Below, piece after piece: positions 52,901-64,000 of a DNA stretch of 64,000 nucleotides. The DNA is from Azolla caroliniana (Eukaryota > Plantae > Polypodiophyta). The stretch is from contig JBHGNT010000007.1 in NCBI GenBank assembly GCA_043228905.1, positions 6,820,001 to 6,884,000 of the forward strand, given 5' to 3'. The position numbers were made by a program, and so were the translations under genes. The notes beneath the pieces were generated by a model. It was given only the letters and a program-made list of their open reading frames with translations. It did not search any database and was not told where the DNA came from. Within the stretch, counting starts at the first letter, position 1; every line of letters starts with the position of its first letter.

Positions 52901-55900
52901 ATTTCCAATCATGAATTCTAACTTCTACTCTAGATGTGGTATGATCAATGTGGATTCTAGAGTTATAATACATTTGTATCATGAGAGAGTGCTAGTTGCA
53001 AGAAATCACATTTCTATTTTCCCTTGAATAGTCCTATGGTACTAGTAATTCTACATTCCTAACTCATGCGTAGTAACGTGAATTCTACCCAAACAACTTG
53101 TTCAAGGACAAGGTTTAAGCTAGCATAGCCAAATGATACTTTTTCATGATACTTGTAGTGATGATAAGCTTCCATTTCAATCTTATTTAACCGAGTTGTC
53201 ATCAAGGTGTGACACTAGTAAAACGAAAGGAAAATTAACGTAACAAACTTGGTGCTATACATGCGATTTACTTAAGGTGTCGAGATCACTTTTGCCAAAT
53301 TAAACTAGTAAAAAGGACGAAGCTAAAACATTCCCGAGGGGTATGTATGTCATGTCTAGATAGTTTTTTTTTGCGCATAAGCTATCTTTTAGGAATATGT
53401 ATTTCCACTTGCAAAATGCATCATTGTTGGGGCAAAGATCTCGCGTATATCAATAGTTGAGAACTCTAAAATGAACAAGGTTTTCCTTAGCCCTAGACTA
53501 AAATATTCTGTCATAGCCTAAGTACACATATGTTTCCGCCATTAATAGCCCACAATATTGTTGGCACACATGTGGAAATAACAAACTTCGAGTGTTGGGA
53601 ATATCTTTTGGAAAAGGAAAGGATGCCACTTGAAAGCCCACTCCATCAATAAAATGTTCAGTTAATTCATGCAGCGCATAGTTTGCATCTAGTTTAATTA
53701 TTAACATTTTTGTTTTGAGGACTAGTAAAATCAACCTTCTTAGAATAGTTTAGGAGGTACAACTAACACCCTTGAAAATTGAGCTCACACAACTTTTGGG
53801 ATTATGCACATATACTATCTATTAGATTGTCCTTGCTCTACATAATTATTCCATATCGAATGTTTTTTCTCGTCATTTTAACCTTTAAAATGGAATCTCT
53901 ATTTGTAAATTAAGCATTGTTAGTGAGGGGCACATGTCCACCAATTCCACTATATATCCTTTGATCAAGAATTCCAAGAAGAAAACATATAACATAACAA
54001 GTTGCAAGAATCATTATATTAAAGGATTTCCATAAATCTCGTAATCCTACCTGTACATAGTTGTAGTTGTAGAGATCAATGTAGTTGAGAGCTCAAAGCA
54101 CTTCCATAATGTTGAACTGTAAATGGAAAGAAAACCTAAAGGTCTTGTGTTTAGGGTTTTGTTAATGTTATCACATGATAACATGTTTCCCAACGTAGCA
54201 ACGATACAATCTAGGGTGTATTGTTTTGTACTCTATTGCCTATATTTGGTTTAATAGTTGACGGATAATTTTTGTCACTTTAATGAATCACATGAAAGCT
54301 TTTTAGAATAGTGCACGTGCATCTTTCAAATGGACTTCTCAATGGCGTTTTTATTTTTGTATATTTGACTATAGATATTTCTATTAGTATTGTGGGTGGA
54401 GTTGGAAAATGTCTACTTCTAAAGAGGTAGAAAAACTAATAATGGAATCCAACATCTCATAAACTTCAATTTTTTAGTTAGAAATAGGTGAGTTACTTAA
54501 TTATGTGCTTCAATTTACTCTTTTCTCAATCATATGATGTTGTTATATTCATCAATAAATAGATTCTCAAGATTAGGGGTTATTAGAGGATGAGATATGG
54601 TTGAGTACTTTAGGAAACGTGAAACATTAGCACAACACAAGATAATTGATGGTGATTAGAGTAGTCCTTGGTTGAACTTACACAAATGGATCATGAGGAG
54701 GAACATCACATTTGCTATTTGTTGTTTTTCCTCTCATATTGCATGTGTTGGGATTTCCTTCCTTTTTAAAGATCCTTTTTGCTGTTGTATCCTCAATTGA
54801 AGCTTCTTACATGAGTAATATCCCATTCAATTCTAGGTTTTCAACATTAAGCAAATCGGGCAAATGTCTCCATAGCTTCAACTTCAAAATTTTCATGCAT
54901 AATAACATGCAATTTTCTTCTTTTGGTAAAATTTGCAAAAAACAAACCAACATCAAGGAGTAGGCTTAACATTGAAAGAAATCATGTAAAGGAATTAGTG
55001 TACAAAAGAAAAATTGTTGGTTTACTTTTTCTCGTTAAAGGGATTGAATGAGAGTTTAACAAACATTGTGGCCATACCAAAGTTCTATAGGAAAACAAGT
55101 GGCATGAAGGACACATGAAAACTTATATTATCATGTCAAATGTTTTGTCACATCGTAAAAACCAACTTACAATCATGCAATGATGGCTCGACTATTACCT
55201 TAAGTTGGAGAAAAATGACCTCGTTTACCCTATTATTTAGTCAAGATTGTTGCATTATATTACTATGGTAGTTTTCTCATAAGTTATGGTTGTCATTAAT
55301 AGTTGACTGGGTATTGGTATTGTGATGGATTATAGCTTTACTATCGTATTTTGCTCATAAGCTATGGATGTTTGCATACTAAATTTAGGGTACCATTGCT
55401 ATTTAACATAATTCTGTACTACAATACTTTTCTAAGAAGTGATGGGGTTCTGATGTTGTTATCTACACATCCTTGCATATAATATACAAAAACACATTTG
55501 ATCATTATCAAGGGCAATCCTGACTTATGCATACAATGTTGACATCCACATGACCAATACACTGGAGTGTCACCAAGGCTAGACTAGTTTACCTTTTAAT
55601 TATGCTTGACAATGCTTCATTCTTTTATTGTTTCATGTTCTAAAATGGTTCTCCATATGTAAACTTGGAAAGATAATGTTTAATCCACAATAAATGGTGT
55701 CATAGGGGCACACACAATTAGTTATGATATCAACATCTACACATGCAATTTAGGCGAAAACTTGCAATCAATTATATTGTAAACTTGCAATTTTGCAGTC
55801 ACGCCTTGCACCAAGCTTGTGAGGCTAGTATGTGGTTTGATCTAGGTCTAATGTTCTTCAATGAGAGGGAAACACATAGAATAATTTTAGCTTACCCAAG

Positions 55901-56029
55901 GGAGGCCTACTCTCTTTGTTCTCATCTATAAGAACTCTTGAAATGCTGTTCAAACTATTTATTGAAAGGCCACAATGTTTATGTATGAATTAACCTCTCA
56001 ATTTAATGTATGACATCAAGTTTTTCTGT

Positions 56030-57552
56030 CGAGGTTACGTTTCACTTACTTTAGGCCACGAAGAGGGGCCAATTAAACATGGATCTCAAAACCTAGTTTC
56101 TCACGCCAATTGGAGGATAGATTTAGCGTATCCATGTTGAAGGCGTGGTGTGACATTAGATAAGGGCTCAAGTATGATCAACCTAATTCTGAACCTGCCT
56201 GGCTTAGTCAACATATCCTATGGAACCCATTAAGGGACTGTCATGGGGATACATTGTAGAAGGTCCAGGAAAGAGTATAGAATGTTGGAGATGGTTTATG
56301 TCATTGCTAATACAAGATCAAGCCAACATACTCCATGGAATCAGGGGTGGGTGGACTATGAGGTCTGAAATCATTAACACTCTATTGCTTAGGGAAGTTG
56401 CTAATCAAAGGACGATTATGGAGAAGAGGATAGGCTACGAGGAAGAGGGCTCTTTGATCCCAAGAGTTACGGAACCATCTGACAGGATCGAAGGCCATGA
56501 ATTGCGAGACAATGAGGCACTAACATTGAATACGATAATTCGAGTACTCACATATATTGGTCATAAATGGATTATAGATCCTGATCCGATCAAAGTACAA
56601 CCAGAATGAAACATATATACTCATGAGAAGACATGACTATGTAAGATCAATTGGGACCCTTTGCAATGGATGTGGCACGATTCTTATCCAGGTCAAGGAA
56701 GCAAAGCCATCCCTTTCTTCCAATTCATGACAAGATTGGGACACCACATTCTAGCCGCTCAAACTGCTTGAGAGCCAATTGCTACAAAGGTTTGGCACAC
56801 ACATCATGTTCCTCACACAATCATTACTAAGTTTTGGCAGAAAATTTGGAAACAACATCACGCGAGGTGAATTACCACGTTCCAACGGCTATTAATACAT
56901 AAGGCACTACTGGTTGGAGCATGACAACGTGGGAACCTTAGCTCTCCTAATTGTCTAGTGTGCCCAAATGCAACATATTCAATCTGGCACGCTCTGTGGG
57001 AATGCCCATTGGCAACCTATTGCAATTATGCCACGTGCAAGGCACAATCAAGTGGGGAAATGTATGTTGGTTACCATGGTAGGCCCAGTCGACGGTTATG
57101 AGCATCAAGAGGAGGGGATGACTTTGGTGATAAAATCACAAGAGGTTTTTTTCCCACCATCGACAATATCCACTCAACTCCTATTACTGCCAAATCTCAA
57201 GTTGTGTTGGAATTGGTCAACCCAATAAATCTTTGGACTCTATGGAAATAGCGGTGTAGACTGGTCTTCTCCAACCAAATAATGCATCTAGTAATGTTAA
57301 TGCAAGAGATATGGAGTGAAGTTGTAGCCACTATAAAGAGCCAATATGATGGCCTCAAGGGCGGCTCCGATGGAGTTGAAAGACAACGACTAGCCTTCAT
57401 CCAACAATGGTCATCCTCTCCTTTTCTTGAGTCAATGGGCATCCACATAAGATTGAACTATTGCATCCCTACAAAGATTTGTATATAACACTCTCATCTG
57501 AAAATTTTTATAACTAATGGAAGGATTTTGTCTTTTTGAAAAGAAAGAAAGA
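56030..57552 (+). mobile_element. 5'-truncated, decayed LINE with A-rich tail and 12-bp TSD
   Basis: zf-RVT-like FWQKIWK..CLVCPNA..HALWECP and LWTLWK*RCRLVF; tail aaaagaaagaaag; TSD aagtttttctgt at 56018-56029 and 57553-57564. Confidence 0.85.
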
Positions 57553-58302
57553 AAGTTTTTCTGTAGCATATATCTTAATAATGATACGGTCGGTTGTTAA
57601 ACCTAGTTTATATACTTTTCCACGCACAAAAAGAACGAAAACAAGCAACTTATGAATATCCTTGATTTCCCAATGGTAGACAGAAGAAGCACTACAAAGC
57701 AAACAATTAAAGTTGCACAATACACATTAAATGTCAGGCTTGTTATTTGGTTGTTTTAACATAGAGAATCACCAATGATAGTTTCACCTCTGACCATGGC
57801 CTAGCAAAGAATAACGATTAACTTTAACTACTTGGAGCTTAAGGATGATTACTTGCACTCACACTCGTGAAATATAGGGATTAACAATTGCAGATGTGAG
57901 TGCTGATGTCGGTTTAGACACACAAATGGAATTAGTAATCACATCAAAGCAACAAAAAATAGTTGTGCAAAGTCAGGGTGGGAATTTGACGGGTGTCATG
58001 CTCGTCAAAGGCAAAATTCCTCATAACAAACATACACATAATAATAATGCCCATCAAATGACATATAAAATTTAAATTTCCATTTTCATGTGAAAGGCCC
58101 CTACAAATTATGCCTGTCAAATGACATGCTAAAATTCTATTTTCCATGTCATATATATTATATTAAAATGTGTCACTTATTATAGATACCATGAAGTGTG
58201 TATAGTAATATATTTATACTATATGTTTTTTTCCCAAAAAATTATATGTTTTTTATAAAATGCTGAAAATAATATCATCATCATGTAATAATGATATATA
58301 TT

Positions 58303-61300
58303 GCTGGTGGATCCGGTTCACCAAAGTAAGGCTTTACTCGGTAAACTCCTGGTGTGAAGTCTACAACCCGGACCAGAATTGTGGAAGTTGCTTCTGAGGG
58401 ACAGAGCTGAACTCAGGTGCTCGAGGAATGGTGACCCTTGGAAGGAAAATGTGTGGTGGTTGTTCAGTCCAGGCTTAAAGTTAAAATAACCGACTAGCAT
58501 GGTCGAGAGGAACACCATCATGAGCGCTTGGTCGAGTTTAAGAGAAGGGTTGGTCTGAATGCAGCCGAAAACGATGGATGAACAACTCCAACAACACCTG
58601 TTTTGGAACCCTAGGATTAGAAGTGAAGACAATATGATGCTTGGAAAGAATTTTTTTTTGCCATGGGAGCAAATGTTAGGGTACAATGTTAGTTCAGTAA
58701 GAGACTGGGAGGCTTTTAAAATGAAGAGGAGGGAGGGTTAGGTTGGTAGTACTTTGTTTATTGACAGGTTGGAAAAGGTGCCCAATTGATAGATAAGGTT
58801 GTTGATGGTCTAGCTAGGTTGAATGATGAAGAGGGTGCCTGGTTTGGGTGGTTTGTAGGTGAGAGTGATGCACAAATTATTCGTGGCAGGTGCCCATCTA
58901 ATGAGTATCGCTTGTGATGCACAATGGCCAGTGGTTGGCAGTGCGGGTGGCAGTGTTGGAAGGTAAGAAGTGGCAAGTAAACTCGGACCCCGGGAAGTTG
59001 GAAATTGATTGTAAAATCTGGATATTTGACAACAAGCCCTTATGTGATTTGGAGTTGGATCCACTAGAGGTATGGTGGCAGAAACCGGGAACGAACAAAC
59101 TGGAAAGGTTTTTCGAGTACAATACTAAACTAGGAAGGCAAATCATTGGCTCCAAATCAATGGGCTGGAGGGATAAAGGCATATCTGATGACAACAAGCC
59201 CTTATGTAATTGCTCAAACTCGCAATAGCTGGAGGGATAAAGGCATATCTGATGACTTGTTGAAGTTGTTTTGGAGGAGACTATGGGCATTCGATATGCC
59301 AGAAAAAATAAAGCTTTGGTTGTGGCTTCTTAGCCATAAGGTGGTACCTGTGGGGGAGTGGTTAAGATGTCATGGTGGGGGACCTTACAGGGGCTGAAGT
59401 TAACATGGGAAGGTTGGGCGGAACAATTAAACCCTCATGGTCTTGGATTTATAGTGTAGGGTGTGTTGGCATAAAAGGCTGACTCCTTCTACTTTGTATC
59501 CTAGTGTGAACTCGTCCATATAGTTAGGGCTTAGTATATAAGCAATAACCTAACGTTGCAAAAGAAAAAACCTTGATCATTCTTGTACAGAGTCTCTAAG
59601 AGAGAGAGAACGTAATAACAAAGCTTCCATTAAAGCTTAAACAACGTATATCTTCTGTCTATTCTCTTGTCTTCCTTCTGTGTTGTTTGCTAAGCACATA
59701 CGACAAGTCCTCAAATACGTTCCGCACGCACGTTGGTCCATCAACTGCTAACAGAGCGATCCGCGGCTCGGCGGCAACAAACAATAGAAAAAGCTGAAAG
59801 GAAAAAGACCAGGTCAGTAAAATCTCACTTTCAAAGAAGAACAAGGCTTTAACATCTGGAACAGGAATTGAAATCAGAAAATTCGATGGCAAAAACTTTG
59901 CCCTATGGAAGGAGATGATGCAGGACGTGCTGATCGTCAGAAGACAAGTTGAAGCCATTTGACACAATGAAAAACCTGCCTCGATGATAGCCGAAGAGCA
60001 GAGATCTACAGACGAAATCGCACGCTCCACCATCCGAATGCATCTCGCTGAAAATGTCTACTTTAGCAGGCTGGCAAAAGAGACGACAACGTTCTCATTG
60101 TGGGAGAAGCTACAAGCAGTATATGAAAAAAAGTCATCATCTTCAAAACTAATTTTGATCAAACAACTGTTCAACATGAAGATGAGAGAGACCGATCGGG
60201 CTACCTCCCACATCAACACCTTCAACCGGGTGTTGTCAGAACTCTCCTCACAAGGGATCCACTTCGAAGAAGAAGTGAAAGCCCTTGCCCTCCTATCGAG
60301 CTTGCCGGTGAGCCGGGAGGTATTCTGCACGACATACGCCAATAGTCGACCAATCCTAAACTTGGATGAGACGATCAGCCAAGTCCTCACCGAGGACATT
60401 CGACGAAAATTGATGGGACTCACCCTTGACGAGTCGGTAGAAGCCCACGACTCTACCGAGTCGGTCAACCGATTGAGTCGATCTAGAGAACACGCTGACA
60501 GAGTCGGTCAACACCATAGTCGATCGAAAACGAGGGGAGACTGACAATGGTCGAAGTCGAGAACGGGCCGATTAGGCGAATTCTGCACCCATTGTAGAAA
60601 AGCCGGTCACAACGTTTCCGACTGTTGGTCGATCAAGAGGAAAGAGAGTGGTCAACAATCCGAGCGGAATCAAGGACGATCCGACTCGAACCACTCTCTA
60701 GTCAGCACCCAAGTCAATGTTGTCGACACCTGATCTGGAGAAATCCTCTCTTTAGAAGGCTCGATGATAGGAGAAGTCCTCTACAGTGCACAAGATGCAC
60801 ATACGTGGTTGCTGCACAAAATCATTCTTGTACAGAGTCTCTAAGAGAGAGAACTTAATAACAAAGTTTCCATTAAAGCTTAAACCACGTATATCTTTTG
60901 TCTATTCTCTTGTCTTCCTTCAGTGTTGTTTGCTAAGCACATACGATAGGTCCTCACATATGTTTTCGCATGCACATTGGACCATCAAAGTGGAAATGTG
61001 TTTAAATGTGCCGGAGTTCGATTTGGCACAAACTCTTATTTTTTTGAGGAGATATGGATGATGGTGGTTTGCTTAACGGTCTGCCACATTTGGACCAGGC
61101 GTTGTAAATTTGTTTTTCAACAGCACAAGCTCCCAAGCAGTGCGGTGTTAAACATCTGGTTTGAGTTGGTATCTTGGTTGTGGGGATGGTATGATTTGAT
61201 TCAGGAGGAATAAGATGGAGCAGAAAGAGCTCAATCAAAGTTTCAAGGGGCAATTCTCCTATGGTGGTCAGATCATCATCAAGGCCTAAATGGAACTACC

Positions 61301-61553
61301 AAGCACCTAGATGGCTGTTTCCACCAATGGCTTCCATTAGTGACCATGAACTATAAATATGTATAGCTGTGTTACAAGGTAGTTACCATGTTAAACGAGT
61401 TGATGGGATACTTTTGTTGTGAATGAGGGGGTGGGAACTATGATCACTTTGGTGAGAAGACCTTAGTGAGTTTTGCTAAAATTTGTTGGTCTTTGATGTA
61501 CTTTGTTTGCCAACTAATACGAAGTAGTGGTTTTTTTGGAAAATAAAAATAAA
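58303..61553 (+). mobile_element. 5'-truncated LINE, split by a Copia insertion, with 13-bp TSD
   Basis: LINE ORF2-like QHLFWNP, FWRRLWAFDMPEKIKLWLWLLSHK and HIWTRRCKFVFQ; A-rich tail; TSD aatgatatatatt at 58290-58302 and 61554-61566. Confidence 0.82.
59464..60987 (+). mobile_element. Internally deleted Ty1/Copia element: 5' LTR 59464-59743, degenerate Met PBS, gag pseudogene, partial 3' LTR ~60820-60987
   Basis: LTR runs TGTTGG..CCATCA; PBS tgctaacagagc (canonical tggtatcagagc); gag KFDGKNFALWKEMMQDVL and zinc knuckle CTHCRKAGHNVSDC with in-frame stops; ~59577-59743 is repeated at ~60820-60987. Confidence 0.88.
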
Positions 61554-61907
61554 AATGATATATATTCTCAAATATTTATTCTTTACTAATAGTATTAGTT
61601 GAAATTTGATTGAAAATTTAAACAATAACATTTATTAAATACGTTAAGAGTGTAAACTCTAGGTTTGATTTTAATGTTTTAAGTTTTAAGTTAAAACTAA
61701 ATTATTTACTTACCTAAAATTTTAAGTTAAAACAATTTTTTTACTAACCTTTTTTTCCAAAAAATAATCTTTTTTTCATACTTATTAGTAAAAACATTAA
61801 CACAATATTTATTTTATGTGTTTCATTATCTTTGTGAGGTAGTTATGTTTATTTGTGTATCTTTGTGTACATTTTATAGTAATGAAATGTATGACAATGA
61901 AGCATCA

Positions 61908-62197
61908 TGTTGAGAATCAAGCTCAATGTGGTCTAGTGTGTGAACTCACCTTGAGAGTGAAGAGACGCTCCAACGGTCAAGAGTCACCATTATGTCACCA
62001 CTTTGTATTCTAGCATTTAGTATGAGTCATAGAATCATATTCTATGACACATAACTTATGAGCTTTCACATTCCCCATGCTCCATGAGCCTTGTAGTTAA
62101 TGAAGAGAGAGGGTGACTACATAAAGCACCCTCCTCCCACCTTGTATCATGTTGAGTCTTTCTCCTTTGTCAATAGACATTTACCTTGCGTATTCCT

Positions 62198-62234
<37 letters not shown>

Positions 62235-62292
62235 CACACACATAACTCATATCACTTCCGCTTCACAAGAATCAATCTCTTGATTCTTTACA
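61908..62292 (+). mobile_element. Solo LTR, 385 bp, with 5-bp TSD
   Basis: TGTTGAG..TTTACA flanked by catca at 61903-61907 and 62293-62297; TATA-like tacataaa inside. Confidence 0.75.
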
Positions 62293-62930
62293 CATCATAT
62301 AGAGCTTTTCATTATTAAAATTTGTATGTCAAATGACATGTTAGTTTTTGCATTCTCATGTCATAAGACATACATCTTAAAAAAATGCATGTCAAAAACC
62401 TTTAATACTAACTCGTCAAATTCAGGCCCTGATGCAAAGTATCAAACACCACAAGGCAATCACACTTTGTGAGGAAAAAGTGAAAACGTTGTATAGAAAG
62501 TGCAATAGAAAACCAACTATTTGATGCGAAGTATTAGTTAGAGGAGTGAATTTATTTAGGAGAAGGCAACAAAAAGGATTCACTTTCATTAAATGGAATC
62601 TAACAATTCTTTCCTATGAAAATCCATATATCGTTTATTTATTTTCCAAAGAAAACCTACTTCATATTAGTTAGCAAACATTTAACAATATATCGTTTAT
62701 TGCCTCGTTTAGGATTCACACTAAAAAAATGCTTAGACACACACATTTAAGCAAAAACATATAATTACTTAGGATCAATGGTTCATGATACTTAGTCCAC
62801 ATGACAATAAGAGAGTAGGAAATTACTTAAACATTTAACTAAGTACATAGAGAGTCAGGGAGGTAGTGAACTATAACAATGGTTTCTATTATCATATCTT
62901 TGCATTTAAGGCTTAAAAAGTAATTTTTAT

Positions 62931-62976
62931 TTATAACTAATGGAAGGAGTTTTTTTTGGAAAAGAAGATGAAGAAG
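62931..62976 (+). mobile_element. Extremely truncated (~46 bp) LINE 3' tip with 13-bp TSD
   Basis: ttataactaatggaagga matches the 3' ends at ~7271 and ~57508; TSD aagtaatttttat at 62918-62930 and 62977-62989. Confidence 0.72.
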
Positions 62977-63207
62977 AAGTAATTTTTATGTAATTGACCG
63001 TTGGAAAGACTAATTATCTATAATTCCCAAAATGCCCATTAATTAGTCTGTCCTATTTATATCCCTTTGTTCCTACCTATATATTCTAAATTTCTATACT
63101 TATACGAATCTACATTGCTGAAACGAAATTGCATCCCCTCATAAAATGAATAATAGGCCCCTACTAGCTCCATCCTAATTTCTTTGTTAGATCTAACCGA
63201 TCTAACT

Positions 63208-64000
63208 TTTCAGCCTCACAACTAGAAGTGGCCACAGTAGGCTGCTTCTTGCTCAACCAAGATATGCATGAGCTACCAAGCATGAAGCAAAAACCACTTG
63301 TGGACACACGAGTGTCATAACAACTAGCCCAATCAAAGTCAGAAAAAGCATGTAGGTCTGGCAATAGTGATCCCCCCTTGGGATAAAACAACCCAAGTGA
63401 TCGGGTACCACTCAAGTAGCGAAAGATGCGCTTAACTGCCTGCCAATGCTTAACTCATGGGCAATGCATAAACCTGCTCATCTGAGAGACAATAAACTGA
63501 ATGTCAGGTCGGGTTATGCATAAGTAAATCAAGCATCCAACTGCCTACTGATAGAGAAGAACATCAAATACATCTCCAACATCATGAAGACTCAAACGTA
63601 AATCTCCCTCCATTAGAGTGGCAATAGGTTTATAGTCTTCAAGGCCAAAACACTGTAATAATGTGTCGATGTATTTTGATTGACACAAAGCTATTCCACC
63701 ATCAACTTGCATGAATTGAATGCCCAAATAATGATGCAATTGCCCCAAATCTGACATCTCAAAGGAGGCATACAAATCAGCCTTATAGTCAACAATATGC
63801 TTCTCATTGGGACCAGTGAGCAACATTGACATACACAACCATGATTAGAAATACATCATCAGCATGCTTAACATATAAGGTGCTTTCAGTTGGACTATTC
63901 TCGAACCCAAATGCAATCAAATAGGCATATATCTTTTCATACCAAGAACGCGGTGCTTGCTTCAAGCCATATAATGCCTTTCGCAACCTACGCACTTTGT
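63208..64000 (-). mobile_element. Ty1/Copia RT-RNaseH pseudogene fragment that continues beyond the window
   Basis: LRKALYGLKQAPRSWY, FEMSDLGQLHHYLG, FSDFDWA..RVSTSG..ISWLSKKQPTVATSSCEAE; frameshifts and stops; breaks off after EAE. Confidence 0.92.

Larger units (their letters stand above)
57974..62431. mobile_element. Non-autonomous TIR element (hAT-like CAGGG ends) hosting nested insertions
   Basis: TIRs cagggtgggaatttgacg and (reverse complement) cagggcctgaatttgacg; flanks gtgcaaagt and atgcaaagt; gtcaaatgacatg subterminal motifs at both ends. Confidence 0.78.

Noticed and set aside
51800-55900. Possible pseudogene or TE remnants
   Set aside because: Only short broken frames; nothing I could assign.
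59984-60544. 186-aa ORF as a host gene
   Set aside because: It is a stop-bounded piece of Copia gag.

Overview
AT-rich eukaryotic land-plant nuclear DNA with GT-AG introns, telo-boxes and microsatellites. The lineage may be seedless, such as a fern, but that is only an impression. There are no prokaryotic features. Eight host genes can be reconstructed by hand: a RING-HC protein, a CLE peptide precursor, an NEN-type DEDDh exonuclease, mitochondrial ALDH2, an intronless orphan, SAP30BP/HCNGP, ATG16 and a TPR+J-domain protein. Mobile DNA includes an intact Mutator-like transposase with its right end, MITEs, LINE 3' fragments with readable TSDs, Copia remnants, and a nested stack at 58-62.4 kb (a TIR element containing a LINE that contains a Copia, plus a solo LTR). 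The best novelty candidate is the intronless 480-aa ORF at 31663-33105. By eye it follows the HtrA/Deg trypsin-fold motifs in order but lacks the catalytic His and Ser, and it lies about 240 bp downstream of a perfect four-unit heat-shock element. All family assignments come from remembered motifs; no searches were run.
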